The notes: generated by a model from the sequence alone, not told the origin. Shown: positions 1 to 13,201, counted from the first letter of the stretch. The stretch: 64,000 bases of DNA from Octopus sinensis (GCF_006345805.1 NC_043001.1:57474001-57538000), one strand, 5' to 3'. Numbers and translations are program-made.

Positions 1-344
1 GAAGGGAGTGGTAAAAGAAAAACCTCACAAATAGCACAGACAGGGAATCCTTTGTATAATACTCCAAAAAGGTAATCCAAATGGCATTTCTTGAAGTATT
101 CCAGTTCGGAAAAAATTGTACTTTTTCTGGCGAGATACGCCCACTAGAATTTACAAAAAGAATTTTCAAGCAAAAATTCTCAATTCATCGTTACGGTGAT
201 GAGAACCCAGCATTTTGCTCGCTATAGCAAGGCATAATTGACAATTTTTCTTTTTGTTCTTTTTTCTATTCTCGGAGCCCCAAAAAACTCACATCTTGTC
301 ACTGTAACAGTCCAGACCAACTAGTGTTGCATTCTGGGTAGCCG

Positions 345-382
345 GAAGTAAGCAAGCTTCTTACCACACAACCACTCCTACG
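345..382 (-). mobile_element. 5' end fragment of tRNA-derived SINE (family A)
   Basis: agcaagcttcttaccacacaaccactcctacg is the reverse complement of the SINE head seen in full at 28092 (ggagtggctgtgtggtaagtagcttgct). Confidence 0.6.
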
Positions 383-419
383 TCGATATATATAAACATT
401 TGAGTGTGTTTGTGTATCT

Positions 420-740
420 GTATATAAGTAGAAATTCTCTCTTATTTATTTATTTATTTGTAAACGTACAATTATCTTCGACTTGTAGGATCGAAAGTCA
501 TTCGTCTGTTGTATATGCATCATTCTAGCTTTCTTGTTTTCATTCTTCTATACATACGTTTGCTTTTTTCAGAAGCTTAATGCTTTTAGCTTAAGGCAGG
601 ATTCGAGCGATCTCAGGGATAAATAAGTGCGAAACCGCAAGGACATTCCGCACTTTGACTGATGAGGAAATCGGCTGCGAATGGTCCGTGAATCTTGATT
701 TTGTCCAGTTTCCCGTTTGTCAACGTATAGTCTTTTTTTC
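420..740 (+). repeat. Dispersed repeat, diverged copy of the 3860-4215 element
   Basis: gcgaaaccgcaaggacattccgcactttgactgatgaggaaatcggctgcgaatgg aligns by eye with the reverse complement of 3985-4045 (ccgaaattgcaaagataatctggaactcgactgagaaaagaaaactccgaatga). Confidence 0.5.
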
Positions 741-847
741 CGTATATGTGCATATATATGTGCCTGTGTATATATATTTATATACATCTATATACATATA
801 CTTACATACATATATATATATGTATATATGTAGGTATATATATATAC

Positions 848-894
<47 letters not shown>

Positions 895-1000
895 CACATA
901 TACATAGATTCTCACGCTCATACACACACACATGTACAGAGCTAGCGCTTCTAATCATTTGCATTTATATATGTACATATATATATATATATATATATAT

Positions 1001-1280
1001 GTAGGTCCCGGGTTGATTCGGGGTTAACCACAGTAAATAAGGTACTCAATACATAGCAGAGTAAAATTAATTTATTATATAGAAGGAGCTTCTACAGGAC
1101 TAGAACTGTTTCATTCAAGAGAAATCTTCAGGAAGCTAGTTAACAAGAATTGTATTGGCATTTATACATTTAGGCAGGTTTAAAGGGGTGGTGGTGGGGG
1201 ACTTTTTGGGGGTAGGCATAGCGCAAAATATCATACTTGGGGGAGTGGTCAAGGAGTCAGTGTTAAATTAGATAAAAGAA
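1001..1280 (-). mobile_element. Penelope-like terminal repeat (pLTR) remnant carrying a hammerhead ribozyme
   Basis: Contains the hammerhead at 1087-1137, followed on the minus strand by AATAAA and an (AT)n tract. Association of hammerheads with Penelope pLTRs is established knowledge. Confidence 0.55.
1087..1137 (-). ncRNA. Type I hammerhead ribozyme, intact core
   Basis: Minus-strand RNA: AGCUUC CUGAAGA UUUC-UCUU-GAAU GAAA CAG-UUCUAGUC-CUG UA GAAGCU. It has a 6-bp stem I, CUGANGA and GAAA cores, stem III ACAG/CUGU and a GUA cleavage triplet. Confidence 0.8.
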
Positions 1281-1359
1281 TAAATAAAAAAATAAAAAAT
1301 ATATATATAAAATATATAAGAAAAGGAATAGAGTTTTAGGTAAATAAGGAGATTCTCAC

Positions 1360-1688
1360 TTATACCTATGCACATATGTATACATATATACACACACACA
1401 CATACAAACATATATACATATACATACACACATACATACACACACACACATATACATATATATATACACTTACACATACATATACATATCTACACATACA
1501 CATATATGTATACATACACACACTCACATGCATACACGTATACACAGAAAAATATATATACACATACACACACATACACACATACACGTATACACACACA
1601 TATCCACACACACACATGCACACACAGCACACTAGTCCCTATATACACATATATACACATACACACATATATATACACACACATACAT

Positions 1689-1719
<31 letters not shown>

Positions 1720-2418
1720 CATATGTGTACCTATACATACCTACACATACACACATATATATATACATACAAATACAGACCCATTCCCTAATTTTAATTT
1801 TATTATCTTCATTTATTACTTTTGTTATCTTTGACCGCTGGTCACAAACATCTTGGCTATGACAGCCAGTCCATTTATCTGTCTACTTGAAAACAAGCAC
1901 TCATTCACTCACGCACACTCTTTAGCACGTACACTCACTCATTCGTACACTCATACACATACACGCACGCACGCGTTATATTCATACATACATACATCTA
2001 CATACATTCACGTATATACACATACGTACGCGTACCTACAGATTCATGTCTACACTCTTAGAAGGCTAGTCTATACATATACACCAATAAATATAAATAC
2101 ACACACATACATATACACCTACATACAAATACATACATATATATATATATATACACATATATATACATATATATATATATACATATATATACACACATAC
2201 ATATATATACACATATACACACATACACATACATACATATACACACATACACATACATACGTATACATACATACATACATCCATACATCCATACATACAT
2301 ACATTTATACACATACACACAGCCACACGTATACATATACATACATATATATACGCGCATGCATACACATACAAATACATACACGTACGCATATACATAT
2401 ACATACATACACATACAC

Positions 2419-2451
<33 letters not shown>

Positions 2452-2859
2452 CATATATACATATATATATATATATACATACACACACATACATATACAT
2501 ACATACATATACAAATATACGCACACACATACATACATACTCATATACACATACACGCACATACACATGTACATGCGTACCCATACACACACACACACAC
2601 GCGCATCCATATATACACATAAGTACACACATGCGTAAAAGTATACATAAATCTATGCTTACACATACACACACACACACACGCGCCTCCTTATATTCAT
2701 ACTTACATGCATACTCAAAAAATAAGTAAATAATAAAATATATATACGCGCAGTTATTCATACATGCATACTCAAAAAATAAATAATAAATATTAAGTAT
2801 ATGTACGTGCAGTTACCGATTATATAGACGGATACATACATATAAACTTACACACATAC

Positions 2860-2890
<31 letters not shown>

Positions 2891-2959
2891 TATATATACA
2901 TATACATATATATATATACATATTAAATATTAAATATTAAATATATATATATGTATATA

Positions 2960-3018
<59 letters not shown>

Positions 3019-3023
3019 TATAC

Positions 3024-3068
<45 letters not shown>

Positions 3069-3227
3069 GTACATATATAAATGCAAAAGATTAAAAGAGC
3101 TAGCTCTGTATATGTGTGTGTGTGTATGAGCGTGAGTATCTATGTATATGTGTATGTATATATATATACCTACATATATACATATATATATGTATGTAAG
3201 TATATGTATATGTATATATATATGTAT

Positions 3228-3284
<57 letters not shown>

Positions 3285-3285
3285 A
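1360..3285. repeat. Degenerate (AC)n/(AT)n/(ACAT)n microsatellite field
   Basis: Directly visible; source of the HTHT/YIYI ORFs. Confidence 0.95.
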
Positions 3286-3859
3286 ATCCTACGCTAGCTT
3301 CTTCATCTAAATAATCCCATTTAGCCGGGAACCACTTAAACTATTTACACGCAAACATTCACCTCCCAACCTCCACTCGCTTTACACACCCTATACTAAA
3401 TTATTTTACACCTACACAGGGCTTCCTCCATTACTACGAATTTCCTACAGCTTTAAGTCCAAAAAACACATAATTCCTTACCCCGTACTGACTAATCCGT
3501 ATAGACATAGCCCCTTTTCGCCATGAGTTAGAGTCAACCCCCTTTCATTACACCGCCGGTGAAAAGTCTAGCCAGAATAAGCACGTGGAAAATATGCGCT
3601 TACTTAAACTTGGGACTACAGATCAAAATAACCTCCATCCTACATCCACTTCGCAGCAGAATTATCAAGTTACTTTAACGTAAGACTCACCATTCTTTGT
3701 CTTTATTCTCGTTACTATTGGATCTCTATGTCTTTCGCTCTTCTTACCTCTACATATGACTATGCATTCTTATGACGTCTACTACTAGAACTTGTAAACA
3801 AATACCATTACTATCACATTTCTTTATTAATTGAATTAATAGCTTACTAGCGCAAACGA

Positions 3860-4215
3860 CCAACACGAGAACACAAAACGACAAGAACGCAAAACATCCA
3901 GACTGAAAGATAACATAAAAAAGGGGACAATAAAACATCCAGACAGATGATACAAAAGAGGGACAAGAAAAAACAAGGAAGGGTCATTCGGAGTTTTCTT
4001 TTCTCAGTCGAGTTCCAGATTATCTTTGCAATTTCGGCTGGTTATACTCGAGTTTGCTCCAATGTGGCCAGCCCCAAGGAAAAAACTAACCTAAGAGCAC
4101 TAGATACCTTGGAAGAAAGCAGCGAATGCATACGAAAACAAAGACGAAAAAGACGGAGAAATAGTACACAAATACAAATGCAAATAACAGGAGATTAACA
4201 ACAGGTATCTTTCGA
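3860..4215 (-). repeat. Dispersed repeat (same family as 420-740)
   Basis: Internal similarity to 420-740; flanked by microsatellites. Confidence 0.5.
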
Positions 4216-4321
4216 CTATATATACATACATATACACACACACGCACACACACACACACATATATCTATGTATATGTATATAGAGATGTATACATTTGTG
4301 TGTTTGTCTCTCTCTCTCTCT

Positions 4322-4512
4322 CTGTTTGTCCCAACCATCATCGCGTTGCAACCTATGTTCTTGTGTTTTCGTCCCTGTAACTTAGCGGTTCGGCAATCAA
4401 AAGAGACCGAGAGTATAAGTACCAGGCTTATAAAAAGAAAAAGAAATCGGGACGATTGATTCAACTATAAAATCTGCATGGTCTCAGTCTAATCACTGAA
4501 ACAAGTAAAAAT
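4322..4512 (+). mobile_element. SINE family A, 3' half
   Basis: ctgtaacttagcggttcggcaatcaaaagagaccgagagtataagtaccaggct...ctgaaacaagtaaaa matches 28425-28565. Confidence 0.85.
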
Positions 4513-4549
4513 AAAGAAATATGCGCCATTGAGTGAAGTGTTGTGAGCA

Positions 4550-4613
<64 letters not shown>

Positions 4614-4629
4614 TGTGTGGGTGTGTGTT

Positions 4630-5335
4630 TGTTAGAAGGAACGTTTTCACTGCATTTATCGTCACTTTGTCTCTGGCTCAAAGTGATGAATCCAACACTC
4701 ATTCTGGATTAGGAAACGTTGAAGGAAACCAGCTGGATTTGCCTGAAACGATGTCAAATTTCCCACCGATATAAAAAGCCCGTTGCGCTTTTTATCAGTT
4801 AACAGAAACGTTCGTCATGCCAAGTTCATTGTGTATATTCTCAACTCTCTCGTGGGATATGCTAATAACTTTATTCGTAATTTGACTTATAGTGAATAGC
4901 CTGCGATTCAGCACCATATCGTGAACACAATATCATCCTTGGTGGTGGCAGTTCCAGGACGTCCAGACCTTGGGTCATCATCAGCACTCTCCCTCCTCCT
5001 CCTCCTAAATTCAGCTACTCATTTTTGCGCTGTTGATAAAGCGGGAGTATAGTTCCTTAATGTAGTATATATAACAGCATGAATGTCCTTGGGGATTAAC
5101 TCTTTTTCTATAGGTACTTGATTACACCACGAGGCCAAAGTTTATCAATTTTCGAGAGGGGCCTCTACAAGTTACAGTCTCGTAGGTAGCGTTATATTTG
5201 AATTGTCAGATATCAGTTTATGTGGAAGGAAACAACACAGTTATTAATAATGACTGGAATTAATGCATTCAAGTTTTCACATCTCTAGCAACACTCCTTC
5301 ATTTTCAGCCTATGAACTTATCAACCAATCTCGTA
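4630..5335 (-). mobile_element. Mariner transposon remnant (5' TIR plus N-terminal transposase, pseudogenised)
   Basis: Minus translation gives RGVIKYL..PKDIHAV..PALSTAQK.VAEFRRRRESADDDPRSGRPGTATT..VHDMVL..ISHERVENI.HNELGMT, typical of the mariner HTH region. It ends in TIR-like agcctatgaacttatcaaccaatctcg+TA. Confidence 0.8.
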
Positions 5336-7588
5336 AATCCACTACAAACCACATACGGTCGTGTTAGTAAAAACTGTTATACAAAATAAAGTATTCTGCC
5401 ACATACTGGCTTCCTATGTATGATGGTCATGGCAAAAAACCTAAGATCACATGTAAATTCATTCTCGGGCCACCTAGAATAAAGAACAACAATAACATTC
5501 TATTAATTTAAATACTAATTCACAATCATTATGACACATACTCATGGATATAATGCAACTTTTGTCACGTTGTATCTTTCACAGAATTGAACGTCACACT
5601 ATCCTCCAGGCTAAAGTTCTTTCTCATGTATTAACTACAGGGCAAGGCTCTTTATATTTTTCGCCTCACATACCTGCCAATAGAGTTGTTAAGAATGTCG
5701 ATAGAATGAACTGCTTGTGCCGTGTCAAATTTATAAACAATTTTAAAGTACTTTCGTGAATTTTATAGTGCAGATAACGTCTTTTTCTTCCTGATGTTAG
5801 AAAAGATCAATAAATATTGGTTACTCGCTTCTTAGCAATTTGCTATTTCACAGCATAACAGTGTCAGTTGATAGATATATTTACTAGTTCCATCCTTTAA
5901 TCTTCAAGACCAATTCGTTTCCCACTAATTTGTCTCTACTGGTCTAATATCATAATTCACAGGTGATTATTTTTGCCTGAATTAATGCTACCTTTTCAGA
6001 GAAGTTACTATAGCAGAGACAACTTGAAGAAAAACGGTGAATTCTTCAAGTAGTTTGTTCAAATTAACCGTATAGCTCATCCATCTTCAGAATTGTTATA
6101 CCCGAAACTATGGACGATGGAAAAATGAGAACGAAGGAGAAAAAGAGTAAGAAATTTTCCTGGATTATACACGTTCACATATATTTTCACTTATACATAT
6201 GTAGACGCACGTATACATACACACACACATGTACATATTCCCGCATACAAGGAAAGTACTATTCACGCACTCAGACAAATCCATGTATACATGCATAACG
6301 CATTTGTGCAGACATTTTCTATTGGGGCATATGTCTCTGCGCTCATGAGATTCTGTTTCTGTGTGCGTGCATACAAACATATTAAGAGAGTAAAAGTGAA
6401 AGAAAAGTGAAGGAAAATATATTTCCTACGGAGCAATATCTCGAAATGCGATAAATTCAAACTAAAAAGAAAAAAGAGAAGACCAATAATTGAACAAAAT
6501 TACAGATTCTTCTGGAGTATTCTCAAAGTGGTGCTCTTTTATCATTCTCGAGGGTAGTTTATTATAGTAGGGCAATTTTCACCTTATATATACTGTTTCA
6601 ATTTGTATATAGAGGCAGATACACTAAATAGAAAGAAACATCTCTTGCTTTTTGTCGAAAGTGATCTAACATTTGTCAATGAAAAGGCGAATGTCAAGTC
6701 AATAGATGACAGCCATTTTATTGGTTCGCGTAACAAACGATCTGAGTAATAAGCGAAGGTAAGTCTAGAAATGGTGAATCTACGGTCTTCGACAATGCAT
6801 TTCTATAAATAGTCTTACCTATCTGAACCTGCATTTTGTCTGCCCAGGTCATTCTATTGTAACATAATCAGTTATGATGCGTCTGTAAAGTAACTGGAGC
6901 GTAAGATCATGGTTTGATTGAAATAAAATATCCTTGAATGTTACACCATAAGTTCGAAATCATTTAATCTATACTCTGAGGAACATTCTTACTGGGATTC
7001 GGTAGTGAAACAACAAAACTTCTGTCAATTCCATTCAATTGCTTCTGCCTTGTGAGAGATAACAATAAAAACATTCGAGAGATTTCGCTGGAGACGCCAG
7101 CATGTCTTTTTTGGTACCTTAACCAGAGGCCAAAACTGACACAGTATTCAAACATTCTAATCATACACCTCTCAACATATTAACATATATGTTGGGGTAA
7201 AGTGTGTAACGCCTTCCTTTCTAAAAAGATCGAATGTTAATTTAGGAAGTCTTCAATGTTATCATTAGCATGACACAAATCCACATAGATGTTTCCATTG
7301 TTGTCAAAATGCTTTTATATCTACGACACACAACATTACTTTCTTTTCAACATTACATGTGTTTATTCTTAACAACATTGATGGATGTAACAATCAGTGA
7401 CACAGTTCCTAGAATCATAAACGCAACAAGGTGGTGGGGTTGAATTTGCCATCCGTGTATATGGCTATAAGTAATTAAAATTATGTGGCTTCAAAACGTT
7501 TACCATTAGGAGCTGTGACTAAACGCATTTTTTACTTAAGCACATTATCAGACTAACTAATCAATGGTTCGTCGTCATACGCTGATTG

Positions 7589-7638
<50 letters not shown>

Positions 7639-7899
7639 ATATATATATATCATTTTCCCAAATTTAATGCGTATTTTCGCAATATATGTAGTTAAGCAGT
7701 CATTATATTATTATCATCATTATGAAGGTATGTTGTAGACGTCGGTCACTTCTGTTACAGTGGACGTATGTGTTCTGCCACTGCTGATTGAACTTCATTC
7801 ACTTATTAAGTATCTTGAAGCATATAATTTGTCACTCTATTTGTAAGACTGTCCGTTAAAACATACGATCAACTTATAACATATTTACACGTTCACTAA

Positions 7900-9720
7900 T
7901 TATATAGGATCTTCGAAGATGATGTGTAGGATTTTATCTTTGTCGGTCTCATATGAACATTTAGTAAATTTAAAAAGTTATTCGGAGACTGAAAAGTCTG
8001 TTAATGGAGCCAGTGGGAAAACAATTTTCACAATCCAATTTTCAGTCTAATGATGCCACCAGTTTTTCAGAAATAAACACAAACACTTAAAATCCAACCC
8101 GGGAACTTGTGTCCAGTAAAACAAAACTTGATCACAAGAATCAAGCGTTAATTTAAACATAAATATTCTAAAATACTTCTTGAATATAATATTTACAGTT
8201 TGGAGATGCTTTAGCTAGCAGAATGCCAAAAATTAAATGGAGCGAGAGAGCATTTAATAAATTAACATGCTACTTGTCTGACACTTCTTTCATTGCCACC
8301 AGTAGAATGATAATAGCACTCTAATTTTATAGTCACTGGGACAAGTATACTTTGATGTAGATACGTTTCTCCTAAGGAAGTGTAAACATCACATTATTTT
8401 TACAAGGATAAATGTAAGCAGTAAACTCATCAGGTAAAGGTACACTACTTTCTGAATATTTTATTTCTAGTGATCTCCAATACACAATCTTTAGTTTAAA
8501 ACAAATGGCGCACTGTTGCTATGAAAAATTTTGATTTAGTTTCGATGCGTTTCAGATTAAACAGTTTACCTGTAATGTAATAACAGACAATGATATCTAA
8601 ATCATAGCTCTTACATGCATGAGTAATCTCAAATGCAAATATATAGAAACAATGTTGACATATGTGTATCATCCTTTTCAACACTACTGGTCGGTACTAA
8701 CAGATCATCTTTGAATTAAAGTAGGGTCTTTATACCATATCAACAATAAGATGGACGTCTAAAATTTCCCACTATATTCTACAGGGCATTTTTTTATCAA
8801 GTCACAGGCTTTTTGTAAACCAAGGAAAACTTCTGCGCCGATGAATGCCCACATTGAATTACTGAAAAACAACGAGTCTCTGGGTCATATGCATGTGTGA
8901 AGCCGCTTTCATAGATATACAGCAAATATTCTACCAATCATTGCAAGTTCACGTAAGTTACCACAGCCGCTCTTGGCACTTTTCTCCTTAGATCTGTTCT
9001 TGCAAACAATTGACCTATTACAGTTAGTGAAATTACATAATTGGTCTCAGTCCCAGAGGTTATTTTTATAAGTTGATCTATTCAACGGAAATTTGGAACT
9101 CCTCAATTATAGCGTTATTTCCTATTTAGAAAATACCATAGGATTGTACCATTATACTCTGTTGCAGGTTATGAAAACAAGATACTCTATCCATCCCATC
9201 AGAATACTTTCTAATTAAAGTTGATTCACTTCTTCAAGTCAGACCCCCCCCCCACTGGTTAATTGGCAAGTACCGAATGTTAATACTTTCGAAAGTTATT
9301 TTCTGAGAATGGCTAGTTAAGAATGTGTGAATATGCCAAACAGCCGTGCATTATGTAATGCCTTCAGTTCTAACTGCTCTGCAAAGTAGATTTATGGCTG
9401 TTCAATAATTTCTACATAAATTAGGCTTGAAGGATTGCCGGTGAAATTTATGCGCGATGTCTAGAGCTCAGATATTTCTGAGTTATTTTTATAAAATTAA
9501 CTTTGTAACTGCGTTTCCTGAATTCCAGGATATTGGCAATGGTATTAAATATTTTGTTTAAGTCTGACCGTAAAATATTAGACAATAAATTTGCTGGAAC
9601 TTTACGACACAATGCAGATATAGGGTCTCGTAATCTGTCAATATTCCACCATTTCTGAACTTCCATGGTATCGGCTGTAAACTTTGCACCAACAAATCTT
9701 AAGCTTTGTTTGTACTAGGT
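7900..9720 (-). mobile_element. Highly decayed CR1/L2-like LINE reverse transcriptase remnant
   Basis: Minus-strand fragments in RT order: KYSDGMDRVS (~KSPG.DGIS), RPI..SLTVIGQLFAR (~RPISLL.V.SKLFE), YESGFTHAYDPET (~QSGFR..HSTET), GAEVFLGLQKACDLI (~AVFLDL.KAFD.V). Many stops; boundaries approximate. Confidence 0.55.
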
Positions 9721-9899
9721 AGTTAGCCGTCTAACACTTAAAATATAAATGTTAAACAATTAACTAGTTTTTATATATATAGGTAAAATAAAACTAGTTT
9801 TATTTCTATTTGTTTAAATAAATCTATAGCTTCTTATAAGACCTTTATCAAAGCATAACTACACCAGGTACAAAATCACCGCTGTTTAATGTGGCAATC

Positions 9900-10500
9900 C
9901 CAAAGCGGACTAAATTAGACCACATGTTGCAGTCGCGATAGACGGAGTGAAAGGAATAACAGTTTTATGATACTCATACAAAGATATTTACGTTGAGTGA
10001 AAAGTTGGTGCATACACAGAATAACAATGACACCCCAAAATAGAGTAGAAAGCAAATTTGAATGATTCTCTCCCATAAAATGCCAATTCAACTTGCCTAT
10101 CAAAAAAGATCTTCTTGATCACGAAGTCAGCTCTGTACTTTCTCATCTCATGCTATACCTAAATAACCTGGATCCACACTCCATATCAGTCAGTTAAATA
10201 TACCCTGTTGATCTTGTTTCAGAAAAAGCAGAAATTACTATCTTGTATCGGTCAAGATCTACTACCACAAGTGAAGTAAAGCTCTCTGGTGTGCTGACAT
10301 TTTACTATCTAAGAAGGTTACATAGTCTTCAGTACATCTGCTGATATATCGTCCTCTGCTTAAGTTTTCTATGCGGTTGTTTATTGAATTGAACAACTGT
10401 CAGCCAGGGTAACGTTTTGGGTATCAGGTTTTACCCCTTCTCAGAAAGCGGGATTACAAGTGTCCACTGAACAGATGACAGTTCAGCCACAGACGAGTCC
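9900..10500 (-). mobile_element. RTE-clade LINE 5' remnant (APE endonuclease start)
   Basis: Minus translation DLDRYKIVISAFSETRSTG..LTDMECGSRLF resembles RTE ELDRY.IDIAALSETR..G.G.L.E.G.GYTFF. Confidence 0.55.
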
Positions 10501-11719
10501 ATTATATTTTGCCAAGATTGAAAAAATCGATTAAACTTAAATCCCCTGCTACTTATCAAGTAATATGATGATCGTAAGCGTTCAACTCGCCATGTTTACA
10601 TAGATCAACTTCTAACATTATCAGATGACTATAGATAAAACAGGTTCTCGTTTTATTCCTTATACATTTTATCAATGTTGTATAGTATTGGTTACAAGAG
10701 GATTGAAAGTAGCTGTACAGCTTAAATGCCACCCTCTTAACATCTTTTACTATCATTTGGTGATAAAAGACCAACACGAATCGTGAGAACAATAAATAGA
10801 AGTTTTCTATTAGAATTTTCGTCTCATCCTAGTCTTAACCAACCTGCAAAACCCCACATAATAGTGTGTTTTCCCGTGTCTCTCGACACCAGCATTTTGG
10901 TTAAATGTGCAGAACATCTCCGATGCAAGTCAGTCCATCCCATGCTGCTTTTATCTACCAATTAACAGCTCTTGAATTTTTTTCAGTTGGGTTTTGGCCA
11001 ACTGTTCGGCTTGCATGCTTGTTGTGTGAGCCTGCTCTATCACCTACGATCTAACCAATATACAAGTTGCACTAGATTACATGATACCATGCACAAATAA
11101 ATATTCGTGAAAAAAGAGAGAAGTGAGCGTATATGCATGTAGGCAAAAAGAAAGTAGATAACAAAGATAAGTGATCTAAATTTATCACCAAAATAAGAGA
11201 TGTGGCAAAATGATTAATTGCGCAGAGTGTGAAGAATTCGCAACTATGAGTGAACCATAGTTTGACAGTTACGTTTTTAGTCAAATAAAAAGAACATGAA
11301 AAGACTGTGTTCTTTCAAACTCATGGCCTCATAGCATCTGAAACTTCTATCCAGTGGACGCATGGGATTTAATCGAGAGAGAATGAGAGAGGGGGGGGCA
11401 ATCTGCACCCTCATAACATCTTAAAATCTCTCAATACGCCATAAAAAGCAATACGTCTAAAATTCATTACTGTTACCTGATTTGGGTATGTCAACGCTTT
11501 GGACCTGGCATAGAAGTAGTAACTGATGCTAACGGTAGAGTCAATGGATTTGGTTTGATAAAAGGATTCTCAAAAATATTTGAAACGGCCTGTTTTTAAA
11601 AAGATTTTTTTTTAAATCAGGAATTCGTCTTTTCTAAATTCATACAAATGATTTCAATAAACTGACGCACTATATATGCATTTCAATGTGTGCGTCTTTA
11701 TATATATGCTTCGCACCTA

Positions 11720-11899
11720 CCATCATCGCTTGACAACCGGTGTTGATTTGTTTACATCCCCTTAGCGGTTCGGTAAAAAGTAATCGATAGAATAAGTACC
11801 AAGTTACCAAGAAAAAAAAACAGTCAAGGAACTGAGACGTATTTTTCGACTAAGCGTTTCAAAGCTGAGCACCAGCATGGCCACAACCTAATGACTGAA

Positions 11900-11900
<1 letters not shown>
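11720..11900 (+). mobile_element. SINE family A, 3' half
   Basis: catcgcttgacaaccggtgttg...cttagcggttcgg...cagcatggccacaacctaatgactgaaa matches family A. Confidence 0.8.
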
Positions 11901-11969
<69 letters not shown>

Positions 11970-12002
11970 CATACATACATACATACATAAATACAAATAT
12001 AT

Positions 12003-12034
<32 letters not shown>

Positions 12035-12064
12035 AATACAAATATATATATATATATGTATATA

Positions 12065-12141
<77 letters not shown>

Positions 12142-12142
12142 C

Positions 12143-12191
<49 letters not shown>

Positions 12192-12196
12192 CATAC

Positions 12197-12234
<38 letters not shown>

Positions 12235-12270
12235 AGAGAAAAAGAACTGTAGATTTTTTTTTGAAAACTT

Positions 12271-12908
12271 CGTTAATTGCGAAATCACGGGTGATCTGGA
12301 GCTAAATTCTGTTTTTAAATGACTCGCTTCGAGAATTGCATTCGGTACGATTTGTTTATATTTGGTAGTTATGACTTTAAGTGTCCCTCCTAGCGTGCGG
12401 CATTTATGTGTAATAATGCCCTCCATACAATATAAATAAATATTTTCAAAGAAAAAAATTACAGTTCTTTTCCTCTTATGAGCTTTTTCACGCTAACTAC
12501 TTGATAATTTCTTGTTAAGATTTCTTATTAAGATTTTATCCTATTTTTAAATTTGTTCCGAAGAAGCACGTTGTTACCGAAATGCAATTCGCAAGAGCCC
12601 GCCATTTACATAGGTGTATGATGGGTAAACATTTCCATATGCTACGATGGAGGCGATGATTGTCTATCGGGTATGATGTTTTTTGTTTATTCATGATATA
12701 TCTTGGATTCGCTTCACTGAAGAGCAAGGGACGCGGATACTGCGTTAATTGCGAAACCACAGATAATCTGGAGCTAAATTCTGTTTTTAAATGACTCGCT
12801 TCGAGAATTGCATTCGGTACGATTTGTTTATATTTGGTAGTTATGACTTTAAGAATCCCTACTAGCGTGCGGCATTTATGTGTAATAATGCCCTCTATAC
12901 AATATAAA
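12271..12908 (+). mobile_element. Terminally redundant 472-nt unit containing a hammerhead (retrozyme/pLTR-like)
   Basis: 12271-12436 and 12743-12908 are near-identical direct repeats at offset 472; the hammerhead spans the junction. Confidence 0.6.
12711..12774 (+). ncRNA. Type I hammerhead ribozyme (stem III mutated in this copy)
   Basis: GCUUCA CUGAAGA GCAA..ACGC..GCGU..UUGC GAAA CCACAGAUAA UC UGGAGC, with stem I GCUUCA/UGGAGC. The upstream copy has an intact stem III (GAAA UCAC-GG-GUGA UC UGGAGC, 12281-12302). Confidence 0.7.
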
Positions 12909-13165
12909 CCTATATATATATATATATATATATAAACCTCGCTAAGATAAATATTTCAATTAACCTGAAGATTGACTGTAATCATAACTCGAATTATTAC
13001 GAATTGTACACCCATGAAACGATCGTAGTGTTTTACTCTTTATCTTTTGTTAAACTTTTAATACTTTTGATATATATTTAAAATAATATAAATTAATTAA
13101 TTTTATGTATTGGCTTATGTTTTTCATTGCTTGATTTGCCTAATAGTGATTTTATCTCGAATTTA

Positions 13166-13201
<36 letters not shown>

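Noticed and set aside
5400-6100. Additional LINE RT remnant (PIFIDL on minus)
   Set aside because: A single weak motif; too decayed to call
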